The position numbers and the translations under genes are program-made. A stretch of DNA of 64,000 nucleotides. Origin: Lama glama. Taxonomy: Eukaryota. The notes below the pieces were generated by a model, which was given only the letters and a program-made list of their open reading frames with translations, ran no database searches and was not told the DNA's origin. Of this stretch, positions 1-13,079 are shown one piece after another (position 1 is the stretch's first letter; each line of letters starts with the position of its first letter). The stretch spans positions 24,740,001 through 24,804,000 of the forward strand of contig CM052818.1 of NCBI GenBank assembly GCA_028534125.1, in the 5' to 3' direction.

Positions 1-364
1 AGGCACCCCATCTTTACCAGTTCTGTTTCCTCACTACCTAGCATGGTCCCTAGTAAAGAAGTAGAACCTCAGTAAATGTGGAGTGAATGAACTATTTTTT
101 GCTCTCCGTACCCAGAAGTTTATACTATGACATGAGACCACCACTGGATCAGAAAGTTATTCATGTGTTGGACAAATATGATACAGACACTACTAGGGAA
201 AAAGCAACAGATCAACCAAGTTACAGGTAACTATAACTTAATTGAATCATTTGGTCTTACTAAACTAAAAACAAAAATTTACTTTTTCAAGTGCAATTTT
301 TCAACATTTATATTTTTGTTTTGTCAAATTATAGTGAAAATATGATAACACTGTTTTTAAGAGG

Positions 365-760
365 GTAGTGGTATACCTATATAGTGGAATATTATTTGAC
401 AGTAAAAAGAAGTGAAATATTGGTACATGCTACAACATGGATGAACCTTAAAAACATTCAGTGAAAACATATGTTAACTGAAAGAAGCCAGTTGCAAAGG
501 ACTATATATTATATGATTCTGCCTATATTAAATAGCCAAAAAAGACAAATCTAAAGAAACAAAGTAGGTTAGTGGTTGCCTAGAGCTGGGGAAAGTTGAG
601 GGGCTAAGGTGATGGCATATAGGGTTTTCTTCCTGGGTGAGAAAAATGTTCTAAAATCAGTTTTGGAGATGACTGCACAATTCTGTCAAAACACCACTGA
701 ATTGTGCACTTCAAATGTGTGAACTGTATGGCATGTGACTCATTTCAATAAAGCTTTTAA
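365..760 (+). mobile_element. Old L1 (L1MB/L1MC-type) 3' end fragment
   Basis: Typical L1M 3' sequence (atggatgaacctt...aaagaagccag...ggttagtggttgcctag...actgaattgtgcactt...caataaagc). Boundaries approximate. Confidence 0.8.
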
Positions 761-774
761 CAAAAATAGGATCA

Positions 775-3700
775 GGCTTCCACTTCCTGGAAGATGGAGC
801 AAACATACTTTCCCCTATTCCACCAGCAAAGTATAACTAAAACCCCTGGACACTGTGTATATAAACAACATAAGAAGACAAGGAGAGAGAAGACAGACAT
901 TCAAGGACATTATAGATAATTCAATATTCTAAAAAGTTGTTCAAGTAGCCCACAGAAAGGCAGAAAAAAGAATACAAAAAAGAACAAAACAAACAACAAA
1001 CAAAAAGAATAAAACAAAAATTAAGATGGCACATTTAAGCCCTAATAACTATGAAAAGTTACATTAAATATATGTGGTCTAAAAACAACAATTCAAAAGA
1101 GACAGGCAGGATGGATGGATTTTTAAAAATTATCCAACTATATTCTATCTCCAAAAATCCCACTTTAAATACAGGCAGGTTGCAAGTAAAAAGATAAGAA
1201 TATACCATGCAATTATCAAAGGAAAATAAGAATAGCTATGTTAATATCAGATAAGTAGATTTTAGAACAAGGAAAATTACCAGAGACAAAAAAAGAGACA
1301 TGATATAATGATAAAAGAGATAATCCAAACACAAAAAAAGGCACAGCAATCCTACATATGCATGCATCTAACAGAGCTGCAAAGTATGTAAAGCAAAACT
1401 GACAGGAAAAAAAAGAAATCTACAATTATACATTGAGATTTCAACATCCCTCTCTCAATACTGACAGAACTACTCAGAAAATCAGCAGGGTTATAGAGAA
1501 CTTAATAGCACATCAACCAACAGTATCTAATAAACATTTATAGAACAGTCCACCAAACAGCAGAATACACGTTCTTTTCAATCACCCATAGACTATGTAT
1601 CAAGATAAATCATATCCTGAGCCATAAAACAAACCTTAACAAACTTATAATAGTTGAAATCATACAGAGTCACTATTCACAATGAAATCAAACCAAATAA
1701 AAATCTCCAAATGCTTAAAAATTAAACACTTCTAAATATTCCATGAGTCACAGAGGAAGTCTCAAAGGAAATTTAAAAATACACTGAACTTTAAAATTAC
1801 ATTGAACTGGATGAAAATGAAAATACAACATATAAAATTTGTGGGACACCACTGAAGTGATGCTAGGAGGGAAATTTATGCACTAAATGACTATGTTAGA
1901 AAAGAGAAGTCTCAAATCAGTAATCTAAGTTCTCACCTCAAGAACCTAAAAAAGAGCAAGATTAAGTCAAAGCAAGCAGAAGGAAGAAAATAAAGAACAA
2001 AAATCAATGAAATTCAAAGTAGAAAAACAATCATGAAGTCAATGGGGAAAAAAGGCTGGTTCTTTGAAAAGATGAATAAAATTGTCAAACCTCAAGCAAC
2101 AGAGGCAAAGAAAGAAGACACAGATTACCAGTATCAGGAAGGAAACGTGTGGTATCACCACAGTCCCTGCAGACTTCAAAAAGCTAATAAGGGAATGCTA
2201 GGACTATTTCTGCAAGCATAAATTCAGCAACTTAGATGAAATGTACCAATTCCTCAAAGACACAGACTATCCAACTCATCCAACATGAATTACAAAACTT
2301 GAGCTCCCAAAAGAGAATTTGCAAGACCAAGATGGTTTCTCTGGACAATTCCACCAAACATTTAGAGAAGAGTTAATATTGATTCTACATTATCTCTTCC
2401 AGAAAATAGAATAAGAAAGAACACTTCCCAATCTATTTTATGAAGATAGTATTGCCCTGATGCCAAAACCAAGCAATATTAAACAAATATTCTTGTGAAT
2501 GTAGATGCAAAAAATCCTCAACAAAATAGCAAGTAGAATTCAGCAAAACATAAAAACAATTATGTCAATTATACCTCAATTTTTTAAATGTTTGTTAAAA
2601 AAGAATTACACACCATGACCAAATGGGGATTATTGTAGGGATCCAAGCCTGGCTCAATGTTTGATAGTCAAACAATATAATCCACTATATTCACAGTCTA
2701 AAAAGAAAAAGCCCTTGATCTTATTAATGTGAAAAATGCATTGGAAAAAAAAAATCAACACCCATTCATGATTTTAAAAAAAAAGGCAAAACTTCTCAGT
2801 AAGGAGAGAGAACTTCCTCAACTTGATCCATAGTCTACAAAAACCCACAGCTAACATCATACTGAAGGGTAAACGACTGAATGCTTTCTCCCTAAGTTCA
2901 GGAACAAGGCAAGAATGCTTACTCTCACCACTTTTACCCATAGCTGTACTGGAAGTTCTAGCCAATGCAATAAAGCAAAATAAGCAAATAGAAGGCACAC
3001 AGCTTGGAAAGGAAGAAATAAATTATCCGTGACTACAGATAGGATTTGTCACATAGACAATCATATCAAGACTGCTACAAAACAAGAACTTTCTAAAGCT
3101 AGTTAAGTGAGTCTGCAAAGTCACTGAAGGCAAGATAAATATACAAAATTGTATTCCTATATATTAGCAATGAACACTTGGGACACTGAAAGTCAAAATA
3201 CAATAGCATTTGGTGTTGCTCAAGAAAATTAAAAAACACAAAAGGTATAAATCTAACAAAACATGACAAGCCTTATATATGGAATACTACACTACTACAC
3301 AATGCTGCTGAAAGAACTCAAAGATCTACATAGATATAAGTACATACTTATCAGAATAAGTAAAAGATAGTAACAATACCAAATGCTGGTGAGAATGCAG
3401 AGAACCTGGACCACTCATATTGTTGGGGGAGAATGTAAAATGGTGCAGCCACCCTAGAAAACAGTTTGGCAGTTTCTTTAAAATCGAAATATGAAATCAT
3501 CATACAACCCAGTAATTGCCCTCCTGCACATTTATCCCACAGACTTATGCACACAAAAACACCTGGGCATGAATGTTCATAGCAGCTTTATTTGTAATAG
3601 CCTCAACTGGAAATAACCCAGACGTCCTTCAACAAGTGAATGGCTAAACAGTGGCATGTCTATACCATGGAATACTACTCAGCAATAAAAAGGAATAAAC

Positions 3701-4115
3701 TATTGAAACAACCACTTACATAAATATCCAGGTGAATCTGAGTACAAAGAGCCAATCCCAAAATGTTACATACTGTCTAGCTCTGTTTAGAGACCATTCT
3801 TGAAATGTCAAAGTCAGAAATGTTGAACAGCTCAGTGGTAGCCTGAAGTTAAATAGGGGCAGAAGGGGGAAGAAGGTGGGTATGGCTATAAAAGGGCAAC
3901 ACAGAGGGTCCTTGTGGGGATGGAAATGTTCTGTATCTTGACTGTATCTATGTTAACATCTTGGTTGCGATATTGTGCTGTAGTTTCGCAAGATGCTCCC
4001 AAAGGAATAAACTGGGTAAATGGTACATGGGAATCCCTCTGCATTATTATTTTTTTTATAATTGCATGAAAAGCTACTATCTTGAGATCTGCAATTTCAA
4101 AATTAAAATTTTAAT
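775..4115 (+). mobile_element. Degenerate LINE-1 (L1MC-type) with internal deletions: ORF2 remnants plus 3' UTR
   Basis: ORF 2823-3032 translates to [53 protein letters not shown], matching L1 ORF2 RT ([29 protein letters not shown]). ORF 2033-2221 has the L1 motif KGWFFEKMNKIVKP. The 3' UTR (gggcaac..ggatggaaatgttctgtatcttgactg) resembles L1MC. Many stops and frameshifts. Confidence 0.92.
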
Positions 4116-4204
4116 TTTAAAAAGTGTCATGCTACATGAAATAACATGAATAAAATTTTCAACAAGCAAAAGAATGTTTCTGTGTGTGGATTAATAGCTT
4201 GTTC

Positions 4205-4590
4205 CTTTTTTAAACTGAAGTATAGTTGATTTACAATGTTGTACTGGTTCCTGGTGTACAGCAGTGATTCAGTTACACATATGTATTCTTTTTCATTATA
4301 GGTTACTACAAGCTATTGAATATAGTTCCCTATGCTATATAGTAGGACCTTGTTGTTTCTCAATTCTGTATATAGTAGTTTGTCTCTGCTAATCCCCAAC
4401 TCCTAATTTATCCCTTCCCTTTCCCTTTGGTAACCATAAATTTGTTTTCTATGTCTGTGAGACTGTTTGTTTTGTAAATAAATTCATTTGTGTCATTTTT
4501 TTTTTGGATTCCACATATAAGTGATATCATATATTTGTCTTTCTCTGTCTCACTTACTTCACTTACTGTGATCGTCTCTAGATCCATTGC
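4205..4590 (-). mobile_element. Younger artiodactyl-type L1 3' end (5'-truncated)
   Basis: T tract followed by gaagtatagttgatttacaatgttgt...ctattgaatatagttccctatgctatatagtagg...gattccacatataagtgatatcat, the reverse complement of the 3' end also seen at 48077-48870. Confidence 0.9.
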
Positions 4591-5347
4591 AAAAATATTT
4601 TTAAAAGAGCTCTTAAATATCTTATCCTGGATACTCATCCAACCCTCCAGCCTGATTGTCCCGTAGGGCTGCTGGGGCAACACAGTGGGGCAGAGGGCCA
4701 CGTAAGGTGGGTCACACCCCTAGGAAGTCAATCAGCTCCAAGTTAGACAAACTGTACCCCCTAATCCTGCTTCTGCTCTGCAGCCAAACAGGAGGGAGAC
4801 TTGAAATTGCAAGTACTCTATCCTCCTGTCTAGGTAAAAGGGCACAGAGAAGACAGCAGTCCACACATACCTCACTCAGAGCTCTAACCAAGATAAGCAG
4901 GATGACGGCTGTGACAAGAGCTGGATTTCTCAAGAGGCTTATTAAGTGAGGAATCGACTTCTGTGGAGGTCATGGCTGCAGTTTGAAGGAAAGGGGAAGT
5001 AATTCACACTGGGGATTTCCACTCTGCCTACAATTTGCCAATGGAAAAGTGAAGCAGGAATTGAGATTAGAAAGGTGAGAAGGAAAGGTTTTAGTCCCCA
5101 GATGCATGGTTGGCTGTGGGCATGAGGTAACCACCCCCACCACCCCAGGCATAGGACCTCCAGAATTCCCTCCAGGATGTACGTTGCCAGTAACACAGCA
5201 GAATCCAATTTCGATCATGTGGTATCTCCTGTCATATCGAATTGTTGCATCAAATCATTTTCTATGTTGTAAATTTAGCAACAGTCTGCATTTCATGCAG
5301 TTTCCTCAATTTGAAGAATTTAAATGTCTGAGTCATTCCAATGCCAA

Positions 5348-5366
5348 TACTACCCTCTAGTGGCTG
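5348..5366 (-). promoter_or_regulatory. CTCF-like motif
   Basis: Minus strand reads CAGCCACTAGAGGGTAGTA, one mismatch from CCACTAGAGGGCAGTA. Confidence 0.5.
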
Positions 5367-5619
5367 GAACAGGTAGCCAGCTGGACAGAGCTGTACTTGC
5401 CTGTTGGGTCAGTTTTCTTTGTGGTAGTAATAGGAGTCTGTTTAGATATTAGCACTCCTTATAAATTTGCAGTATTATTTTACAAAAATAAAATATTTGC
5501 CCATAATTCTAGGAATACACCTATGGTATAAGATGAGTATGCATGTGTTCACTGCCATTTAAGGAAGAAAGGACGATTCTGCCTCCTCAGAGGGCAAGGA
5601 TGTGTAGGAGATGTGTGGA

Positions 5620-5815
5620 GTGAAGGACACATGTCTTGGAGGGTCTCAGATCCAAGTTCAGATCCAGCTCTGCCTCTGGTTAAGGATCGTGGTCAAGTCA
5701 CTCAATTTTATGATGCCTTGGTTGCCCCTTCTATAAAAATGGGCATTTAAATAATGCCTCGCTCACCAAGTGGGGGAAATTTTTACAATTCCTGGCATAT
5801 ATTAGCTTCTTAATA
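5620..5815 (+). mobile_element. MIR SINE (degenerate)
   Basis: ttcagatccagctctgcc...tcaagtcactcaat...ctataaaaatggg core. Confidence 0.65.
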
Positions 5816-8214
5816 AATTATATATATATTTACTTGGTATAAGTTTGTACCAGTTTACACATGCCAGAGACATTCAAACTTACATGAAATGTCACTAGGA
5901 AGAATTATCAGTTTCCTTTTCAATTTAGTTACCAAGATCGGATCATGAGACCCTATCTCCAAATGCTGTATCTTTTAGTAATTCTTTGAAACAGGTTTTA
6001 CTGCATGCTCACCACTCTTTTCAATACTTTACATGAAATATCTTATTTGATCCTACAACCACCCTATCAGAAAAGAAGCAGCAGAAAGTTCAAGGTCCAG
6101 ACTACACAGCTTGTATGTGGCCCAAGGGGCCCTTGAACCTAGACACTGAACCCCATCTGTACCCTTCTTCTACTGTGCCTCCCTAAGGCAAGGCCAAGCA
6201 TGTGGAGGGGAACATGCCCTTGAGAGCTGTGTTATCTCTGAAGGCTTAATGTTAACAAGACTTAAGATCAGGCTGACCCATTTTAGAGCACAGAGAAGTG
6301 AGCTACCGCCCAAGAATCAAAATACGCATTTCCAACTAAAAATTCTTCCTACCCACTCACACTTTATTTGCTGGCCATGTCTCAACCAGAAAAATGAACA
6401 AGCAAAATGTTCACATTTGTTCAGCGTTTTACGGTATGTGGTTCCTTCAAACTCCTGAAGACTATTTTTAACCTCACAATAGCGCTGACACAGCAAAGTG
6501 TCATCCCCCGTTTTTATACATCTGAGACTGAGATGGTTAAGTGGACCATCTGAGATCACATAACCAGGAAATGTCAGAGTTATGACCCTTAGTCTCCATT
6601 CTTCACTACCAGTCCTGTTCTTTCCCCTCCAAGGTCTCTGTAAATAAGGTCTCTAGAAACTCCTGTTTCTAAGCAGAAGATCTCAAAGCCTACTTTCAAC
6701 AGGGCCAGCAGTTCAAAATCCAGTCTTTATTAAGGGGAAAATGGGAACAAGTCGGAGGTTGATCTGGCCAGAGTACCACATTCTTAAGGAGACTTCACTG
6801 GCCTTTTCCTGTTGCCAAATCAACTTTGGCCCCTCCAAGCCACAAAGAGATTATGACAGGGAAAGCAAAGGAGGTGTGAATTCTCATTCTATCTTTAAAT
6901 CCATCAGCACAAGAGAAATAAATCTTCATCTGCCAGCTTTCAGCATCAGTAACTGCTGCTGCATTTGGAGGACACACATCATATTTTGCCTTACAATCAG
7001 GAGGCGATGGAACTGGTTTTGTGTATCAGTGTTTTCAGAACTTCCAATAAAATCAAAAGAGGATGGAGCGGCTTTTCCCAAAATCATCACATCAGACTTC
7101 TAGTGGCTCATCCATCCCAGTGTTCCTCAGAACACACCTGTGTTTTCAAACTGTATCTATTATATTCCAATAACTTGCCTTCAGAAAGCATGTTAGCTGT
7201 TAAGTTGGAAGGGTCCTGTCCCTTGAAATCACTATGCTCCATCCTGGAAAACCTATCAACCATTCATGTTTAAATCTTCACTCAAAATGAAACCATACTG
7301 ATTGCCTTTTTTACTGAAGTGGGGAAATCTCTGTACAGATAGAACTGGCTGCCCATCCGTCGGCTACCATGACGCCTGATGGTGGAGGCAGGACACTTCA
7401 GGGACTTCTCAGTTTGAGAGGCAAAGTCACCCTCAAGCACAGGGGTACAACCAAGACTATGCTTTCCAAAGTTGCCTGGCAAATTATCTTGTCCCCTAAA
7501 AGAAAAACAAATCACTACAGATCTATGCAGCTGCAAGCAATTACTCATTTCCATGAAACACTCACTTAAAAGACTAATTCAAACGACTCTGCTGCCTACA
7601 CCTGTGTGAGGAAAGTAAACAAGTTAAAAGGGGAAAGGGCAACATCTACAACAAAAAACCAGTCTACAGAAGCCTTTCAGTGGTCATTTCCAGAACACCA
7701 GTATTAACTCATCAAGGCAGCAAATAACCCATCTCATTACTAAGTGGCCTGGGTTACCCCCAGGATGAGCAGTTTATTGCTTCTGTTGCTAAATATTGTC
7801 AATCTCTTATTACATAAAACACAAGTCTCATGCTACCCGTTAAAAACGGCATAAAATTAATGATTTGAGAAACTGTAGGGCCCCATCAGAGCCTCCAACA
7901 TCCACCCAGGGACAGAAAAATGTACACTTAAAGGTTTCACAAAGCAACAAATACCTGTGCAAGGCATAAACGTGAAACACAAAATACCACCACTCTGGAC
8001 ACAACCTTACGATCCAGGCAGTGTGCTACCACATTTCATGGGTTATTTTATTTGATTTTCACCACAAGTTATACGATGTTGTCAGTACTTTCAAAGCCTG
8101 GAGAAGTGAGGTCACCCATCCTTGGTCGCACCCCTGGTAAACGGCCCAACAGGAATTAGAATCATCCTGCTTCTAAGCCCGAATTCTTAACCGCTCTGCT
8201 GGTCTGCTCCAGGG

Positions 8215-8410
8215 GCTTAGTGTTTCACACACAGGAGTCTCAAACTCGGCTGCATGTTGGAGCCACCTGAACAGCTGTTTTTTTAAATGCTAATATCTGG
8301 AATCAACCCTCAGGGAATTTGGATAAATAGATTTCAAATTCATCCTGGACGTTGGGATTTTCTTGAAAACTTCCCAGGTAATTCTCATGTGTTTGTGCGT
8401 TACTGGTGTG
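8215..8410. mobile_element. MER5A-like hAT-Charlie MITE
   Basis: tctcaaactcggctgcatgttggagccacctg...aaacttcccaggtaattctcatgtg pattern. Confidence 0.6.
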
Positions 8411-8474
8411 ATATAAAAAGAAAGGCATTCCTTTTCTTCTTTAAACTGGGTGCTGGAAAGGGGAGCAGTTGAGC

Positions 8475-8700
8475 ATTGGGCTGAAAAGAACTGGTTTGGG
8501 GTCATTAGGATCTGGATCTGAATCTCAGCTCTGTCAGTTGCGAGTTTTATAATCTGGGTAAAATTAACTTCTCTAAGCCTTAGTTTTCTCACCTGTAGAA
8601 TGAAAACTTGTGATGATTAAGTTAAATGTGATTCCGTAAGAGCTTGGCGCAGTGCCGACAGGCAGTAAGTGTCCCGAGAATGTCACAATTACTACTCCTA
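8475..8700 (+). mobile_element. MIR SINE
   Basis: ctgaatctcagctctgtca...ttaacttctctaagccttagttttctcacctgtagaatg core. The antisense ORF reads MRKLRLREVN, the typical MIR translation. Confidence 0.8.
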
Positions 8701-10484
8701 TCATCTTTGAAATATTATGTAACTTATTCGTTTAGTGACTTCACTAAATCAAGGTATGAAATTATGCATAAAACAACACTATTTATATTGATCACTATCC
8801 TGGTGACTACCCATTGGGGTGTGTGAGATATATTCGCTTATTGCCTCATTTAATACTCATCACATCTCTGTGACCTACTATTCCATATTGTAAGTGGAAC
8901 TGAAGATCAGCAATGCCATGTCTCCTAATTTCACACAATTCCTAAGGGGCAGAACTAGAGTTTGAATCGATTACCAAGATGGTTCAGGTTCAAGTAACAC
9001 TTCATACAAGCAGACTGGGATTTTTTCAAAAACACATCAAAAGGCAGGTAAGAGTTTCTCTTTAATGTAGACTCCTTACTGTAAACAATTGGAGGTTCTC
9101 TCTTGCACTGTCTTTAGAGCTGATTTTTAAATACAAGATAAAACCACGCTCATGTTGTTCTTTATTTTACATGCCAGAAAGTATATAAAACACTTTTGAT
9201 CCGTCTGCCCACTGTGCTTGCTTTTAAGTATTTCTTTGAGCATGGATTTGATTTCAGAAAATGGACAGTAGTTTCCAATCAATGACTGTGTTCAAATGGA
9301 CTGGCCTCAGACCCTGCAGGTAGTTTCAGAAAAATTTCAAAGTTGATGAAGCCAGAAGAGCATCCTACCAAACCTCTCTGGATGTACAAGGTCTGGTTTG
9401 TTTGTTTTTAATTCAGGTTTCCTCATTTTATTGCAGCAGTTTATCTATTTCTAAGAAGACACAAGTGAGACCTCAGGAAAGGTCCAATGACTAGGATCAA
9501 CATAGGAAAAAAAATTATTTTTACTTTGGATTCCATCAATCCAAAGGCCTCAAAATCTTTTTGACTGGGAGTAGTTTTTCCCCTGATGCACACAGATGAA
9601 ATCACCTGACTTTATTTTCCTTTGACTTTATAGAAATGGCCTCTGTAAAAACATCCTGAAGTTTTACTAATTCTCACCATCATTTCTTTCTTTATATTTT
9701 AATATTCCCTCCTAAAGTTATGCAACTGTATCCCTGTCAATCCTGTAGTCTTTATAAAGTTGAGGATGTTCTAAAACATGCCCAAAAATTGATCTCAGAA
9801 AATTGGCCCTAAGTAAATATGTACGAAATACATAGAAAAATTAGAAACTAATACAGGCAGTAAACAGAAGTTAGGTCCAAAGGTTGTTTATAACTAGAAC
9901 AGGTATTAGAGATCATCCAATCCAACTCACCTAACCCCGACCCATGAGTTACACTGAGGCTGAGAAATGTTGAAGGACTCGTCTTCCATCTCTTAAGCAG
10001 AGTGGGGACTTTGACTCTAAAAACCCATTTTCTGATGTTTAGGGCAGGGCCCCACATCAATGGTTGCATTGCTCCAAACATTAGTAAGATTCCTCCTTCA
10101 GGTAGAACAGGTTTTAAAAATATAACCATAATGAGATATTTCAAGGATAAGAGGAAAACACTGATGTTCAGTCCAGAAAATGTTAGATTGTTGAAAAGTT
10201 CCCCATGTTACAAAAGGAATTGCAGGACTCCCTTACTTTACAAATAAGGACTTTACAAAAAAGGAATCTACATGCAAGAGAGATGACATAACAACAACAA
10301 AATCACAGTAGTAGCACACACTGACTTGCTCTGGGCTGAGTACTTTCCTAAGCCACCGAAATGCTCATTCTCATTATTTTTTTTATTACAACACTCAACC
10401 TGTAGGTTCTGTTCATAGTCCTGTTCGTAGAATGAGGAAATTAAGCAAAACAGTGTCAGTCAATTACCAAGGTCGCATGGCTGT

Positions 10485-10971
10485 TGTGATAGGCAGCCTT
10501 CTCAAACAGCCCCCAGTGATCCCTGCCTCTCGTGTTCATATTTACTAGTGACTGATTTCAAACCAGCAGAATCCAGCCGAAGTGATGGGATGTCACTTCT
10601 GAGATCAGGCATTCTCTCTCTAGTTCTTCTAGCTTGCTCACTCCAATGAGGCCAGATTGTGATGTGAGCTGCCCTATAGAGACCCACCTGGTGCGGGACT
10701 GAGGGTGCTGTCCAGCCAAGAGGCAGCAGAAAACCGAGCCCCACAGTCCAACAGCCCACAAGGGACTGAATCCTACCAACAACCATTTAAGTGAGCTTAG
10801 AAGCTCATCTACTCTCAGTTGAGTCTTGAGATGACCACAACCTAGGCTGACACCTTGGATGCAGCTGGTGAAGATCCAGCTAAGCTGATACACAGAAACT
10901 GAGGAATAATATTGTTTTAAGCCATGAAGTCTTGGGATCATCTGTTGTGCAGCAATGTGATAAATAATACA
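10485..10971 (+). mobile_element. MaLR solo LTR (MLT1D/E/F-like)
   Basis: TG...CA termini (tgtgataggcagcc ... gcagcaatgtgataaataataca). Internal MLT1 motifs gtgatgggatgtcacttctgagat, ctgaatcctaccaacaacca, ttgttttaagcca. Confidence 0.85.
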
Positions 10972-11099
10972 TCTACAAAATCGGAATCTCAGGATTTCAG
11001 CTCAAGGCATGGGACATCTGTTTCTTACATAACAACATCCCAAGGATAGTCTATGGCAAATCATAGGTACCTCAAGTATCACGGCTAAATCCATGTCTT

Positions 11100-11240
11100 C
11101 ATTCATTCACTTAAATATTACTGAACCTCTACTTGGTGTCAAAAACACTTAGATTCTACAACATGAAGAGGTATAAGACAAGAAGATTTCCTATCTTATA
11201 CTATTCACTTTCTATTAGGGAACAAAAACATGCCAACAGA
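11100..11240 (-). mobile_element. L2 3' end fragment
   Basis: cattcattcacttaaatattactgaacctctact: the reverse-complemented L2 tail. Confidence 0.55.
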
Positions 11241-11599
11241 TAAACATGTTTTTAAATTACCACCCAAATTCAGATTACAGACATTTCTTTTTACAACTGT
11301 ACATGCAGTTCTGGTCTTTCGAGATTTTAACATAGAAATCCACTGAACATCTAATTCTACTCTTACAAATTGTTTTTATTAACAAAGGGATAAACTATTT
11401 TACATATGCATGATGTTATGCAGTATAAAAATCATTGTCTACTTCTATCTTTGTTCAATTTTAGCATACTAGTATTTTAAATAATGCATCCTGCAATTAA
11501 TACAAAGCAGACATACAGCAGATGGCGTATGACAAAGGGAAACTACAGGAAAAGAATGAAATAATTTAGAAGTAAAGCACAAATTGGAAAATCAGGAAA

Positions 11600-11920
11600 T
11601 TTTTAGGGAAAGGCAAGGGTGGCACTTGCCTTTACACTTGACAGAAAGGGGCTGGTAGAATTATTGACAGCTTGCTGTCACTAACCCCTGTGCTGGCTTT
11701 CTTCCCCCTGCTTTCCTCTTATGTGCAGATGAGGAGAATTTGCACTGAAGTGATAATCCACGGCCTATTTGGAAATGTATCTGACTTAATTAGCAGAGGG
11801 TGACAGAGAGGATAATGGCACTGAATGTTAACTTTGGGTTCCTGATGGTTTTCAAGAGAATTTGTCTCAGTTTGGTTGATGAGACTGACAGGATGTGAAG
11901 TGAAAATGATGACAGAATAT
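11600..11920. promoter_or_regulatory. Candidate enhancer with homotypic TGACAG (MEIS/TGIF/PKNOX) cluster
   Basis: TGACAG or CTGTCA at 11639, 11665, 11675, 11801, 11886 and 11910, plus TAATTA, in repeat-free sequence. Confidence 0.5.
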
Positions 11921-12177
11921 AAAATGATGTGTTTTTCCCTCGAGCTATTGGATAAAGAGCTGGAGATATAGATTTTTCAAGAATTTAAGTTTTAACATCC
12001 ATAAATATTTCTTTCTGTATCAGACAGCTTGAAGAGTCTTTCTCATCTTTTCCAAAATATTAGCTTTGGCTTATGTTTTGGTTTTACATATTTATTTTCT
12101 TTAACTGCATTAATACTGTGTGTTCCACCCTCCAAACGACTTCTATGGGAATTAAAGCAATTAAAAAAATTTTTTTC

Positions 12178-12432
12178 TGGAGGGGAAAGGGGGTGAGAAG
12201 GGATAAATTAGGTCAGGAGTTCGAGATTTGCAAATACTAACAATTATATAGAAAATAGATTAAAAGTAAATTTCTTCTGTATAGCACAGGGAACAATATT
12301 CAATATCGTGTAGTAACTTATAAGTAAAAAGAATAGGAAAACAAATATATGTACGTACACGTATGACTGAAACATCATGCTGTAACCAGAAACTGACACA
12401 CTGTAACTGACTATACTTCAATTAAAAAAAAA
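12178..12432 (+). mobile_element. Young camelid-type L1 3' end
   Basis: ggggaaagggggtgagaagggataaatt..ggagttcgagatttgcaaatac...gtaactgactatacttcaatt plus A tail. Close match to the copies at 48.6 kb and 62.8 kb. Confidence 0.9.
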
Positions 12433-12568
12433 TTCTCTAAACTAAAAACTTCACACTAAATTAAACACCCTAATCACTCCTGCCAGGCCAAGCGCCTAAC
12501 AGGTCAGTGTCTTCCCAAGGGAATTATGCATGGAGACCACAAAGACACGATTTGAGTTCCTTAGTGCC

Positions 12569-12940
12569 CATCTTGGTCCTCTTTGGCTGCCATAACACCA
12601 CAGATTACGTGGCTTCAACAACAGACACTGCCCACTGCTCTGGAGGCTGCAAGTTCAAGATCAGGGTGCCAGCACGGACAGGCACTGGTGAGAGCTCTCT
12701 CCCCGGCCTGCAGAGGGCTGCCTGCTCCCCATCCGTGTCCTCACATGGCAGAGAGAGAGCAGTTCCACTCTCCTCCTGCTCTTACACAAACACTCGTCTC
12801 ATCCCTGGAGCTCTACCCTCATGCCCTCACCTAAGCTAATTCCCTCCCAAAGGCTCTAACACCTCCCAATACCATCACACTGGGAATTAGCGCTTCAACA
12901 TATGAATCTGGGGAGAAACGCAAACATTCTGTTTATAACA
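12569..12940 (-). mobile_element. MaLR solo LTR (MLT1A/MLT1A0-like) with 5-bp TSD
   Basis: Reverse complement begins tgttataaacagaatgtttgcg...ttcatatgttgaagc. Contains ctggaggctgcaagttcaagatcagggtgccagca. Flanked by GTGCC at 12564-12568 and 12941-12945. Confidence 0.88.
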
Positions 12941-13079
12941 GTGCCCAATGCCTTCCATTTAGTGCTCGGGGGTTAATGAGCCCACAGTGGAATGAGATAC
13001 TCTGCTCAGCCTGTGGGGCCAGAGCCCTGAGCAGCGGAGGGGAGACCGTCGGGCCAAGCCAGACTATGCATGAAGTACC

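Noticed and set aside
2823..3032. Reverse-transcriptase-like ORF as a functional gene
   Set aside because: It is a short open stretch of a heavily mutated L1 ORF2.
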